Below are positions 42,500-52,577 of a DNA stretch of 64,000 bases, one piece after another. The stretch's first letter is position 1. Each line of letters starts with the position of its first letter. The DNA comes from Bacteroidota bacterium. Lineage in GTDB: Bacteria > Bacteroidota > JABWAT01. Location: the NCBI GenBank assembly GCA_020161835.1, contig JAIUNL010000017.1:36634-100633 (forward strand). The letters run 5' to 3'. The translations under genes were made by a program, and so were the position numbers. The notes under the pieces were generated by a model. The model saw only the letters and a program-made list of their open reading frames with translations, did not search any database and was not told the origin of the DNA.

Positions 42500-42703
42500 T
42501 GGGTACCTCTTATTTTCCATTTTAACTTTTTTCATATTCAATTTCTTTGGGGAACGCACTATTTTACTTAGTAAACTTAACTGTTTTGGGGAAACCTATT
42601 ACTAAACGATTATAGTTCTTCATTTAAGCAATATAAATATTACCCAATTTAAAACCTAATCAGATTCTAAGAAAGACCGAATTACATGATTTCAAGCACA
42701 AAT

Positions 42704-45700
42704 TTATTTTAAAAGAACCATTTTCCTTACTGAACGATTAACATTTCCGGCAAGGACTTCATAAAAGTAAACTCCAGAAGCAAGATTATCCGCCTTGATT
42801 TTCACTTCATGACTTCCAGCTTTCATAACTTCATTTTTTACAACTGTCACAAGCTGACCCAGGTTATTGTAAACTGAAATTTTGACTTTCATTTCTGCAG
42901 GAATTCTGAATAAAACGATAGTTTCAGGATTAAACGGGTTCGGATAGTTCCCTACTACTTCAAACTTTCTTACAATTCCTTCAAAAGAAACGGTTCCGAG
43001 AAGAGTTACTTTTCCTGAAAAATCGGTTTGACTAAGGCGGTATTGGCAAGCCTGATCTGCCAGCTTATCAATAAATTGATAGTCTTGTTTTTCAGTAGTG
43101 GTTCCTTTTCCTGACACCGAACCAATTACTTCCCAGTTCTTTCCAGTAACCTGTTTTTCAATTGAAAACCCCTGGTTATTTTTTTCAGTCAAGGTTGACC
43201 ATGAAAGGCGGGCACCCATATCATCTTCAATTACTGTAAGCCCGGTAAATTCAACAGGAACAGACTCAGGATCAATTTCACCAATTGTGAACTCACCAAA
43301 CCCTGTCACTCCGACAGCAGTAATCTTATTTGCAGAATAAATAAATGATGTACCGGCAAGCTGCCATTCAGATCCTGAAGCAGATCTCTGAAGAATAACA
43401 TAATTTTCAACTGCGCCTTCAATAATGTAGCTTGAAAGTGCAGAGACATCGAGAGTTAAATCATGTGTACCTGTAAAATTATCACCATCAGTTTCAATAG
43501 CCCAGTTTCCACCCGTCCAATAACTTAATATTCCAGAAGGAAGTAATCCTGCATTACCCGGGTCGCCTGTTACAAATGTACCAAGCAGGTTCGTACCTGC
43601 ATCGGGTATCTGGCTGATTTCTGAAACAAGTTTATAACTTTGAGTTCCACTTCCAACCGGTAAAGAATAAGCACCATTACCATTTAAATTCCTTACAACA
43701 GAATTATCCAGCCAACCTGCCCGATCAACAACTATTGCCAGGTTTTGAATCAGAACTGTTCCATCGCTTATTGACACAATACCGGAATCAAGACCCAGTC
43801 TTGTGTTAACTGTAAACCCAGTTGAGGCAGTTGCATTTCCACCAAACCAAATATCATCATAGGTTTTATTTGCAACAGTAGAACCTGATCCGAAGAAATA
43901 GGAATTACTGTTTCTTATTGAAGACACTTCATCAGCTTCAACTGCAAAATCAGCAGAATTTTGATCGGTATCATTCCCTGCTACCGTCCTTGATAAAGTA
44001 AATCCGGAAGGAAGTGCAACAGCAGCAGATGCTTCAGTTGCAACAGAGACGGTAACATTTCCATACCCTAATCCATCCAACAAACTTGATCCGGAAATAT
44101 TATATAAACCAATCTGTGCTTCTGATGAAATTGCAACTGCAAGATTTCCATCAGATTTAATGGAATCAGAAATTCCTGTTTTAACATAAGCTGAATTTGA
44201 CAATAGCCAGAATCTGTTCGGGAATAAAATTCCGTTTAACACAACAGGTTCTTCAGCTGAAACACCCGACGTACTGTAAAATTCAAGTTTCAATTCTGAA
44301 AGATCATAGTACTTATCAGTTTTGTTGACCAATTCAATAAACCGTGTCCCGGTTTCGTTAAAATTGCCACTAATCTGATTGATTACAATTTCACCTGCGG
44401 CAGGAATTGACTTTGGATAAACCAGGAAGGAATCCGATACCGCATCAGTTAAACCAGCGGAGGAAAATGTCAGTTTTACATTTGGGTTTTCTGCATCAAA
44501 CAGAAGTGAAGGAAAAGAAGCACTTCCAGATTCAGGAGTTGAGACCGTTACGGCAGCTCCACCGAATGCAGTTGATGCCGAAACTGATACAGTAGTGGCA
44601 TAATCCTGATCAAGATTACCGTGAATATCGGTTGCGGTTAAAACGAGAGCCGGTGAAATTGCATGTCCGATTCCGGTTGCACCAGGTTGATTTGCAAGAT
44701 GAAGTTCAGTTGCATCAACACTTACACGGTTTGAAATATTACTTGTAAGTGCAGAAAAGTTTTTGGTTTGGGATGAGGTACCCGATTCACCAACAATTAA
44801 ACCAGACTTAGAAACAGTAAAACCAAATGATTGATTATCTGAATATCCAGTTGATTTCAAAGTGAGTCTGAAGGTGAGGATTGAAGACCCATTATCAGGT
44901 ACAACAAGTTGTTCAGGTAAAGCAAACGTCAGACTGGCAGAACTGATAACGGCATCTGTTAAATAATTACCTTCACCATCAAAAAGACTAACTGCCTGAA
45001 TGGCATTGGTCCAGTCAGAAATCTGGTTATATCCTGAAGCATTTACAATTATAGAATCAACTACCGTTGGAAGAGAATCAAAATCAGCTTCGCCACCACC
45101 ATCTCTGATTTCAAGATCGAAAATACGGGTACCGTCTTCGCTTGAAAGTGGACCAGCAGTATTTACAATTGAACTGATTGATTCAGCTTCAGTTTCTGAA
45201 ATAACAGTAGCATCGCTTAATGATGCAAAAGCAACATTGAGAGTTTGCTGAGAACCGGTCAGACCTGAACCCTGGTAATTTGCAGTCAAGCCCGTTCCGT
45301 TGAATTCAAAAACTTCAAAATAATAGGTTGAATCTGGCTCAAGACCAGTTACAGAGAAGGACGTATCAGATCCGGAAGAAAGGATAAAATTGCCTTCTCC
45401 GAGATTTGTCCCTGTTCCAAAAACTGAATTTCCGGTATAAGATTGTTCATCAGCAGGAGCCTGATTAACGACTTGATTCTTTCTTGCTACAACTAAACGG
45501 GAAGTTCCATTTCCCTTATTGAAAGTCATTTTAAATGACTGGTTTCCAATGGTTGAAAAGGCAAGAACAGAAGCACTAACAGTAGGTTCAGCAGCAACTT
45601 CATAAACATTAATTGAAGAAGACGTTGCCTGAGTTAAACCATCTGAGTTTGCATTCAGGACGGTTTCACTTCCTGTTCCTGAAAAAACCAGATTACTAAA

Positions 45701-48700
45701 TACAGAAACCCCAGCTGTTGCTGGTACTGAGGTGGTAGCTGATCCATCTAAAGTTGTGGCAGATGAAATAACAATTGCAGACGTGAAATCGACATCCAGA
45801 TTTCCATTTGCATCAATGGCACGAACTTCAGGTGAAGGACTTACGACTATTCCCTTTTTATTCAAAGAACCTGGCTCAACCGTAAAAGCAAGAGCAGAAG
45901 CTGTAACTGAAATTATATTGTTTCCAGAAGCAGTTTCAAATGGCGTTATTTCAGTTAACCCTGAGCTCGTTGCATCAGAAAGAACAGAAATATTTTGAGA
46001 AAGAAGTGCAAAACCCAGTTCTTGATTATCACTGAGACCTTCTGATTTGAGAGAAACTCTAACTGAAAATGTTTTGCTCGTTCCATCTGCAATTGATAGC
46101 GGTGTAACTGGAGCAAAAGTAATCTTTGCCGAATCAATCAATCCAGACGAAAGATGGGTTGACCCCTCAAACAAATCAGCAGATTTAATTCTTACTCTCC
46201 AGTCAGAAACCTGATTGGATGTACCATGTGTGAAAACAACTGAATCAACTTTAGTTGGCAATACATCGAAATCCGCAGATCCGCCACCATCACGAACTGT
46301 AAACTGAAGAACCTGAGCACCCTGGGTTGATGTCAATGGTGATACTTCATTTGAAACAGAAGAAATTGTTGCTGATTCAGAGGAAGGAACAAAAATAACA
46401 TCGCTGGAGGTTGCAAAAGCTGAGTTGATTGTTGTTTGAGATCCGGTTAGAACGCTGGTTGTCAGATAATTTGATGAAGCACCTGAACCGTTATAATCAA
46501 CAACAGCAAACTGATAATTCTCTCCCTGTACAAGATTGGTTAACCCCACTGAAGTACCGGTTCCGCTGTACACTACAAAATTACCCGAACCTATTTGAGA
46601 ACCGGAACCAAAGGCTGTATTAGCAGTATAGGGAGTTCCGTCAACAGGAAATGCATCAACTGGTGCATTATTTTTTGCAATCACCATTCTTTTCTGACCA
46701 TCACCATTAACCCAATTGGCAGTTAATGAAATATTAGTCAGATTGGTAACAGAAAAATCTGTAGATGCAGAGGTTGGTTCACCAGCTAAAGGATTGCTTC
46801 CTTTCAAAATAATATCATCCAAACGAATAGCACCGGTGAGAGTTGAATAATCTACTTTAAACCGAAGCCGTAAATTGGATGTAATCGCACCTGATGGTAA
46901 AGGAACATTCGAAACAGTTGACCAACCACTGGAACTTGGCAAATAGGATGAAAGATTTATAGAATTATAACTTACACCGTCAGTTGACCATTCAATAGTA
47001 GTAACGCCTGCAGCAGAAAGAGCAGAAGCCTGATAGTAGCCAAAAGTAACATTCAGATTGGTGTACTGACTTGTATTGATATTGGCAATAGTAAGATTTC
47101 CGGTTCTGCCTGATGTAAAAGGAAAATTCAGATACTTACCGCTGTTTTGCCCGGCTGTGCCATTATAAACAGGGGCAGTACTGCCAAACCCAACTGCAAT
47201 TGTATTTAAGGGAACCGAAGCAACAGTTAACGTATAGGTATAGGTTCCGTTATCATAGGTAGTGGGAGCATTGGTGAAAGTATCTGTGTTTCCGATTTGC
47301 TGAAGAGCTGCCAAAACATTAAATGTATTGGTTAAAACAGAAGTAAGCCCTGGAGAAGAAACAGAAAGCTGAACAGATTCAACCGTATTGTTTGAAAGAG
47401 ATGAAAAAGTGATAACACCCGAAGATGCACTGACCGAATTTCCTGACAAAAGACCTGAACCGTTTGAAGTGGCAGTAACCAATGAATTAAAGTCAGTATC
47501 CAGATTGGCATTGTTATCAAGAGAATTCAGTACAATCGAAGGTGACCAAGCAGTATTGATATAAAAATTACTGTTGTTTGCTGGCTGCGAAACAATCGAG
47601 AGCACTGTAGCAGTGACTTCAATTCTGTTATTATCGCCTGTAACTGAACTGATTGCCCCACTACCATCACTTGCCGCAAACCCTGAACCACCAGCCTGAG
47701 AATTTACATCGACAACCGTAAATTGATTTTGAGTATTATCTGCAACTGTTGTAACGTAACTTACCTTTAGTGTCAGATTTAATGTCGCACCATCGGCTGC
47801 TGAAGCAGTAAATCCTGTAAATACAATTGGTGAACCCGAAACTGTTACTTCAGCAAGTTCCGTGGTACCATCATAAAGAGCAGCCTGACGAAGAATTGAA
47901 GGATTCGAAACTGAAAGACTCAGACCTGTAAGAACTGTTGGATTCGCATCTGGATCGTCAAGTCCGGAGCCACCATCACGAAGGGTCAGTCCGAATACAT
48001 CAACACTATTTGATGAAGAGATATCGGTTGACTGATAATCCTGATAGGCAACATTTGAAGGATACGAAAACCCGGAGGTCTCAACCAGATCAGAAGTTCC
48101 AAGAATGGTACTTTGAACAGTAACTGGAATCGTCCCATCTGTTTTGTAATTATAGGTTGAAGCAAGACTTCCGTCATAACCAAATGGAATAATCTGAAAA
48201 TGGAGATTTGCAGTTGGAAGGCCAGTAATAGAAATTGAACTGCTAGAACCACCCACCACCACTGCACGAACTGTTGCATCGCCAATTGTATTTCCCGCAG
48301 AATAAGAAGTTGCATCGGAAGGAACACCAGTTGGATCTGTATTCACCTTTGAAAGAATGAGATAACCGGCGGCATCAGAAACTGGTGTCCAGTTTAAATC
48401 AACTGCTGAAGAACTAATAACAGTTCCACCAAAGCCAGTCACATGATCAGCAGGTTCAGTAAAAATCACACCATCAGCAGATGTATAGGAGGTGCCATTT
48501 GCATTTATCGCATATCCACGATAGTAAACTTTTGTTCCGGAGGGTAAACCCGTAACAGGAACTGTGAAATTGATTCCTGTTCCGCCTGAAACTTTATTAT
48601 TTGCAGTTGTTGGTGTTGGTGAGGTTGACCAAACAATTCCACGCTCGGTTACAGTGGCATCATTACCAACACTGCTCACCCAGCCGTATGAAGTAAGGGT

Positions 48701-49519
48701 TGCACCAAGCGTTGCAGTTGTTGCAGAAATTAAACTGGCGACAGGGGAGGATAAAGCAGGTGACGCATTAACATTGGAATTGACAGCAGTTGCCCAGTCA
48801 GTAGAAACACGAATACCGTCAATAAGTAAAGTTGAAGCAATTGCGCCACCACCCTGACGTAATAATACACCAGTTATTCCAGATGAAAGCAATTCAGATG
48901 TTAAAGGTGCAGTTGCGGTAGCCGCTGGCTCAATACTCGGAAAGGATCCTACCGGAAAAACAAACAATTCAGCAATATCATTCGACCCACCAGTAATCAT
49001 TTTATATTTGACAACAACCAGATAGTTGGTATTCAAAGAATATACTTCACTACCATAGGCCGGTGGAGCAGTTGCAGCTACCTGGATTCCCAAATTATAA
49101 CCACCACCACTTGTCTTAATAAATACACGACCACCAAAACTTCCACCATTTATAAAGGAAAAGAAATAATCACCAGTTCCACTTGAAGTTGTATTGAGGA
49201 TAAAGGAAGCATAAACAGTAGTGCCAACAGGCTGTGCCGGAGAAAGCAATCTCGAAATATCCTGTCCGGAATTTTTTAATAAAACTGCATTTCCTGTTCC
49301 AGAACCGGTAAAACCAGTAAAAGAAATAAAACCACTTGAATCTGCTCTAGCGATTTTTATGGTATTAACTCCCGCACTTGCCTGGGTCCAGGCAGGGGAA
49401 GCTGCGGTGAGAGCAGTTCCACTCGCAGATGAAAAATCATCATTCAATAACAAAGTTTGCGAAAAACCGGTTAATGAAAATGTAAAAAGTGAAAGTAGGG
49501 ATAGTATCAGATTTTTCAT
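42704..49519 (-). CDS. Large (2271 aa) multidomain T9SS cargo protein (FN3/Ig-like repeats, lamin-tail domain)
   Basis: Signal peptide; ERGIVWST..TPT FN3-like, AEPT...GNG..RLVVA repeats, IVINQI...FIELVN..DLS lamin-tail-like domain, PVEF and NYPNPFNPET...SGVYFY...KMVLLK CTD. Confidence 0.85.
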   Translation of the reverse strand: MKNLILSLLSLFTFSLTGFSQTLLLNDDFSSASGTALTAASPAWTQASAGVNTIKIARADSSGFISFTGFTGSGTGNAVLLKNSGQDISRLLSPAQPVGTTVYASFILNTTSSGTGDYFFSFINGGSFGGRVFIKTSGGGYNLGIQVAATAPPAYGSEVYSLNTNYLVVVKYKMITGGSNDIAELFVFPVGSFPSIEPAATATAPLTSELLSSGITGVLLRQGGGAIASTLLIDGIRVSTDWATAVNSNVNASPALSSPVASLISATTATLGATLTSYGWVSSVGNDATVTERGIVWSTSPTPTTANNKVSGGTGINFTVPVTGLPSGTKVYYRGYAINANGTSYTSADGVIFTEPADHVTGFGGTVISSSAVDLNWTPVSDAAGYLILSKVNTDPTGVPSDATSYSAGNTIGDATVRAVVVGGSSSSISITGLPTANLHFQIIPFGYDGSLASTYNYKTDGTIPVTVQSTILGTSDLVETSGFSYPSNVAYQDYQSTDISSSNSVDVFGLTLRDGGSGLDDPDANPTVLTGLSLSVSNPSILRQAALYDGTTELAEVTVSGSPIVFTGFTASAADGATLNLTLKVSYVTTVADNTQNQFTVVDVNSQAGGSGFAASDGSGAISSVTGDNNRIEVTATVLSIVSQPANNSNFYINTAWSPSIVLNSLDNNANLDTDFNSLVTATSNGSGLLSGNSVSASSGVITFSSLSNNTVESVQLSVSSPGLTSVLTNTFNVLAALQQIGNTDTFTNAPTTYDNGTYTYTLTVASVPLNTIAVGFGSTAPVYNGTAGQNSGKYLNFPFTSGRTGNLTIANINTSQYTNLNVTFGYYQASALSAAGVTTIEWSTDGVSYNSINLSSYLPSSSGWSTVSNVPLPSGAITSNLRLRFKVDYSTLTGAIRLDDIILKGSNPLAGEPTSASTDFSVTNLTNISLTANWVNGDGQKRMVIAKNNAPVDAFPVDGTPYTANTAFGSGSQIGSGNFVVYSGTGTSVGLTNLVQGENYQFAVVDYNGSGASSNYLTTSVLTGSQTTINSAFATSSDVIFVPSSESATISSVSNEVSPLTSTQGAQVLQFTVRDGGGSADFDVLPTKVDSVVFTHGTSNQVSDWRVRIKSADLFEGSTHLSSGLIDSAKITFAPVTPLSIADGTSKTFSVRVSLKSEGLSDNQELGFALLSQNISVLSDATSSGLTEITPFETASGNNIISVTASALAFTVEPGSLNKKGIVVSPSPEVRAIDANGNLDVDFTSAIVISSATTLDGSATTSVPATAGVSVFSNLVFSGTGSETVLNANSDGLTQATSSSINVYEVAAEPTVSASVLAFSTIGNQSFKMTFNKGNGTSRLVVARKNQVVNQAPADEQSYTGNSVFGTGTNLGEGNFILSSGSDTSFSVTGLEPDSTYYFEVFEFNGTGLTANYQGSGLTGSQQTLNVAFASLSDATVISETEAESISSIVNTAGPLSSEDGTRIFDLEIRDGGGEADFDSLPTVVDSIIVNASGYNQISDWTNAIQAVSLFDGEGNYLTDAVISSASLTFALPEQLVVPDNGSSILTFRLTLKSTGYSDNQSFGFTVSKSGLIVGESGTSSQTKNFSALTSNISNRVSVDATELHLANQPGATGIGHAISPALVLTATDIHGNLDQDYATTVSVSASTAFGGAAVTVSTPESGSASFPSLLFDAENPNVKLTFSSAGLTDAVSDSFLVYPKSIPAAGEIVINQISGNFNETGTRFIELVNKTDKYYDLSELKLEFYSTSGVSAEEPVVLNGILFPNRFWLLSNSAYVKTGISDSIKSDGNLAVAISSEAQIGLYNISGSSLLDGLGYGNVTVSVATEASAAVALPSGFTLSRTVAGNDTDQNSADFAVEADEVSSIRNSNSYFFGSGSTVANKTYDDIWFGGNATASTGFTVNTRLGLDSGIVSISDGTVLIQNLAIVVDRAGWLDNSVVRNLNGNGAYSLPVGSGTQSYKLVSEISQIPDAGTNLLGTFVTGDPGNAGLLPSGILSYWTGGNWAIETDGDNFTGTHDLTLDVSALSSYIIEGAVENYVILQRSASGSEWQLAGTSFIYSANKITAVGVTGFGEFTIGEIDPESVPVEFTGLTVIEDDMGARLSWSTLTEKNNQGFSIEKQVTGKNWEVIGSVSGKGTTTEKQDYQFIDKLADQACQYRLSQTDFSGKVTLLGTVSFEGIVRKFEVVGNYPNPFNPETIVLFRIPAEMKVKISVYNNLGQLVTVVKNEVMKAGSHEVKIKADNLASGVYFYEVLAGNVNRSVRKMVLLK

Positions 49520-50583
49520 GTCAGGAGTCCTTTAAATAACGATTGAGACAAACCAAAAGTATCAAAATAAATGGTACCAGAGGGGCTTGATTCGTCCTGT
49601 AGCGCTGAGGAAATGGTTGAGAAAATGTAGTCAGTAGAATAAAACGAGGAAAATGTCTGAAGATAAGAGCAGAAAATCAAATTAAAATCAGCATTTCGAT
49701 CATAAACAGATCCAACAGTCGGCGTCCACCCTGATGCGATGTGATTAATTTCAGGAACATAATTCAACCTGGACGGATTTAAAACCAGTCCGTTGATTCT
49801 GACAAGAGGTGTTACAGAATAATTCCTTAAGAAAGAAAAGGAACCAGATAAAAATCCATCAAAGAGAAAATAAGGACCGGCACGTGTGTGACCCGTAACC
49901 GAAGTTGGTTCAGAAGAGCCAAGAAAATACAAATCAGAAGCAACCCAGCTCAACCCTACCTTTGTAAAGGAGATTTGAATTTCACTTCCAAGTATGACGT
50001 CCATGCGTGAAAGGGAGTTGTCATGAAAAAACACAGAAGTTACTTCAAGAGAAAACTGAAACGGAAAATCTGAGGGCAAATCACTTTTCGCCGAATGATT
50101 AAATTGAGAAGTGACCGAAAAATCTGAACCCAGCTCAAATTCAGTTATTCCAAAACCAGCTGAGTTGGAATTTGTCAGGTCTGCAGGTTGTGAAGTTTCA
50201 ATTGGTTGGGTAAATGCGGAAGTAATTTCTTCAGGTTGTTCTTGCGGAGAAGTAATAACCCAATTCTCACGGGATTGCTCTTTTTTGTAAATCAGTTCCC
50301 CATCTGTAGCATAAAGAACGTTATCAACTTTAATAACAGGTGCAGAAAGAACCGGAACTACATCTAATTGAATTGAAACTGATACTGAAAAATTTTCGGT
50401 ACTTAAAATATTCTGGGTGGCGATTTCAATAGCTTCTTCTTCCTGATTCAATGAAGGATCAGAAACATTGATGGATTGCGAGGGAATGACCAGAACCTGC
50501 TGAGCAAATCCAACCTGAGAAAATACTGCAAGCACTGCCAGTGAAAGGCAGATTTTGAGCAGTTTTTGATTGGTTAATGACAT
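49516..50583 (-). CDS. Signal-peptide hypothetical protein with an internal RAGP motif (candidate translation-arrest leader)
   Basis: Start ATG 50583 (MSLTNQKLLKICLSLAVLAVFSQVGFAQ); HTRAGP at 49873-49890; stop overlaps the next ATG (ATGA). Confidence 0.6.
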   Translation of the reverse strand: MSLTNQKLLKICLSLAVLAVFSQVGFAQQVLVIPSQSINVSDPSLNQEEEAIEIATQNILSTENFSVSVSIQLDVVPVLSAPVIKVDNVLYATDGELIYKKEQSRENWVITSPQEQPEEITSAFTQPIETSQPADLTNSNSAGFGITEFELGSDFSVTSQFNHSAKSDLPSDFPFQFSLEVTSVFFHDNSLSRMDVILGSEIQISFTKVGLSWVASDLYFLGSSEPTSVTGHTRAGPYFLFDGFLSGSFSFLRNYSVTPLVRINGLVLNPSRLNYVPEINHIASGWTPTVGSVYDRNADFNLIFCSYLQTFSSFYSTDYIFSTISSALQDESSPSGTIYFDTFGLSQSLFKGLLT

Positions 50584-50703
50584 TGCACAGTTCCTAAAAT
50601 AAAGAAAGCGTTTTTTCAGTTCTCGTAAAAATACAGGCCTGATATTCTTTAGGCAATAAGTTTTACATTTTTTTTGGGTGAATGTGTCGGTCGGCACAAT
50701 GGA

Positions 50704-50909
50704 AGTTATAAGCTAATAGTGATAGGTGCTAAGTGGTAGGTGGCAAGCTTTTTATAACCAACCCCCGGTTTCATGGTCCCAATTCCTTGGGATGGTCTAG
50801 GCTTATCTTTAAAAAAGTAGTAAATCCCGTTTATTATTGAGGGGGACAACCGTTTATCAGGCCAAGGTTTGATGTTTTTCACTTACCACTGTCCACTTAC
50901 CACTGTCTC
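50704..50909. repeat. Two oppositely oriented 7-bp repeat runs bracketing the lpdA-leader intergenic region
   Basis: 50704-50748 agttata agctaat agtgata ggtgcta agtggta ggtggca; 50880-50907 cacttac cactgtc cacttac cactgtc. Confidence 0.75.
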
Positions 50910-52331
50910 TCAGCTTTTCGGATTCAGGATGTGGACAGCTTCACCTTTTGCGGCTTTGGCAGTTTCCATCATGATTTCACCCAGGGTCGGGTGAGGGTGA
51001 ACTGTTAACTGGATATCATCAAGGGTCGCACCCATTTCGATGGCGAGTGCAGCTTCCGAAATCATATCAGAGGCATTGGTTCCTACAATTTCAACTCCCA
51101 AAACCCGTTCAGTTTCTGCATCTGCTACAATTCTGGCAAAACCTTCAATATCTCCGGTCGATTTTGCTCTTCCAAGAGCTCCATAAGGAAACTTCCCTAC
51201 TTTGATTTTTTTGCCCTGTTTTTTGGCTTCATCTTCTGTAAGTCCGGCAATTCCAACTTCAGGGTCACAGAAAATCACACCGGGGATTACCTGAATGTCT
51301 TTTGTGGAATATTTATGTCCGGCAATATTTTCGGCAGCAATTTCACCTTCTTTTGATGCTTTGTGCGCAAGCATTGGTTGACCAACTACATCGCCAATGG
51401 CGTAGATATTCGGAACGGAAGTTTGAAGTTTGTCATTCACTTCAATGAACCCGCGGTCGGTTAATTTGATACCGATGTTTTCGCCACCGAAACCTTTTGA
51501 GTTCGGGCGACGACCAACTGCAACTGCAATCATCTCACCGGCAACAATCTGATCTTTACCACCAACTTCAAAAGTAAGTTCGGCTTCTTTTCCAACCTGT
51601 TTCCATGATTTTGCTTTTGCAGAAACGAAAATATCAGCTTTGTTCCGCTTCAGTTTACGCTCAACCAATTGGGCAACATCTTTTGATGTTCCAGGTAGAA
51701 CCTGATCCATCATTTCCACAACGGTTAGTTTGGTTCCAAGTTTGGCATAAACGGTTCCGAGTTCAAGTCCGATAACACCGCCACCAATCAAAACCAGTGA
51801 TTTTGGAACTTCCTTCAGTTCTAGCAAATCTGTTGAATCTACAACAAATTTTTTATCAAAAGTAAAACCGGGAATCTGAACAGGTGAGGATCCGGTTGCG
51901 ATAATGCAGTTTTTAAACTGAATGGTGAGTTTCTCGCCCGATTTTTCAACAAAGTCAGCAGTTGTCGAACTGGTCAGGGTTGCAGTTCCAAACCGGTGAT
52001 CGACTCCGTTTCCTTTAAGTAACTGGGCAATTCCGCTGGTAAGAGAATCCACAATACCATTTTTCCACTCCTGGGTTTTTGCCCAGTCAAAAGTTGCACC
52101 CGAAACTTTGATTCCCATTTTCTCTGTGCCGGTCAGGGTTTTCTCGTAGGTCTTGGCCATCTGAATCAGAGATTTGGACGGGATACATCCCCAGTTGAGA
52201 CAAACTCCGCCAAGTGCTTTGTCCTTATCAACAACCAGAGTTTTTATTCCGAGCTGACCGAGACGGATTGCTGCAACATAACCACCTGGACCGGCGCCAA
52301 TAATCAAAGTATCATAAGTTAAAACTGACAT
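50910..52331 (-). CDS. lpdA: Dihydrolipoyl dehydrogenase (E3)
   Basis: GAGPGGY, GGVCLNWGCIPSK, GGGVIGLE, HPHPTLGE. Confidence 0.97.
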   Translation of the reverse strand: MSVLTYDTLIIGAGPGGYVAAIRLGQLGIKTLVVDKDKALGGVCLNWGCIPSKSLIQMAKTYEKTLTGTEKMGIKVSGATFDWAKTQEWKNGIVDSLTSGIAQLLKGNGVDHRFGTATLTSSTTADFVEKSGEKLTIQFKNCIIATGSSPVQIPGFTFDKKFVVDSTDLLELKEVPKSLVLIGGGVIGLELGTVYAKLGTKLTVVEMMDQVLPGTSKDVAQLVERKLKRNKADIFVSAKAKSWKQVGKEAELTFEVGGKDQIVAGEMIAVAVGRRPNSKGFGGENIGIKLTDRGFIEVNDKLQTSVPNIYAIGDVVGQPMLAHKASKEGEIAAENIAGHKYSTKDIQVIPGVIFCDPEVGIAGLTEDEAKKQGKKIKVGKFPYGALGRAKSTGDIEGFARIVADAETERVLGVEIVGTNASDMISEAALAIEMGATLDDIQLTVHPHPTLGEIMMETAKAAKGEAVHILNPKS

Positions 52332-52398
52332 GTTTGTAGAACCCTATATAATATAGTAGAGAAAAAAAATTGGAGATAAATTCCATTATTTAATTTGC

Positions 52399-52529
52399 TG
52401 TCACACTGAGTGATTTTGTCACGGATTCCGGGACAAAATTTTATCGAAGTGTTGCCTTGAGAAAAGGAATAAAAGCCTACCAGTTCATCCTTCGATACAT
52501 CCGTCTTTCGACGGATACTCAGGATGACA
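52399..52529. repeat. Composite REP/MITE-like element (inverted pair with internal hairpins)
   Basis: TGTCACACTGAGTG-[hairpin]-TATCGAAGTG ... CATCCTTCGATAC-[hairpin]-ACTCAGGATGACA. Confidence 0.75.
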
Positions 52530-52577
52530 ACAGGATTTCACCCCGTGATCCGTGACCAGTAATTTGTAACCAATTCC

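Noticed and set aside
29043-49535. Many plus-strand ORFs rich in V/P/L/T opposite the giant genes
   Set aside because: Antisense shadows of the repetitive Gly/Thr/Asn codons on the minus strand
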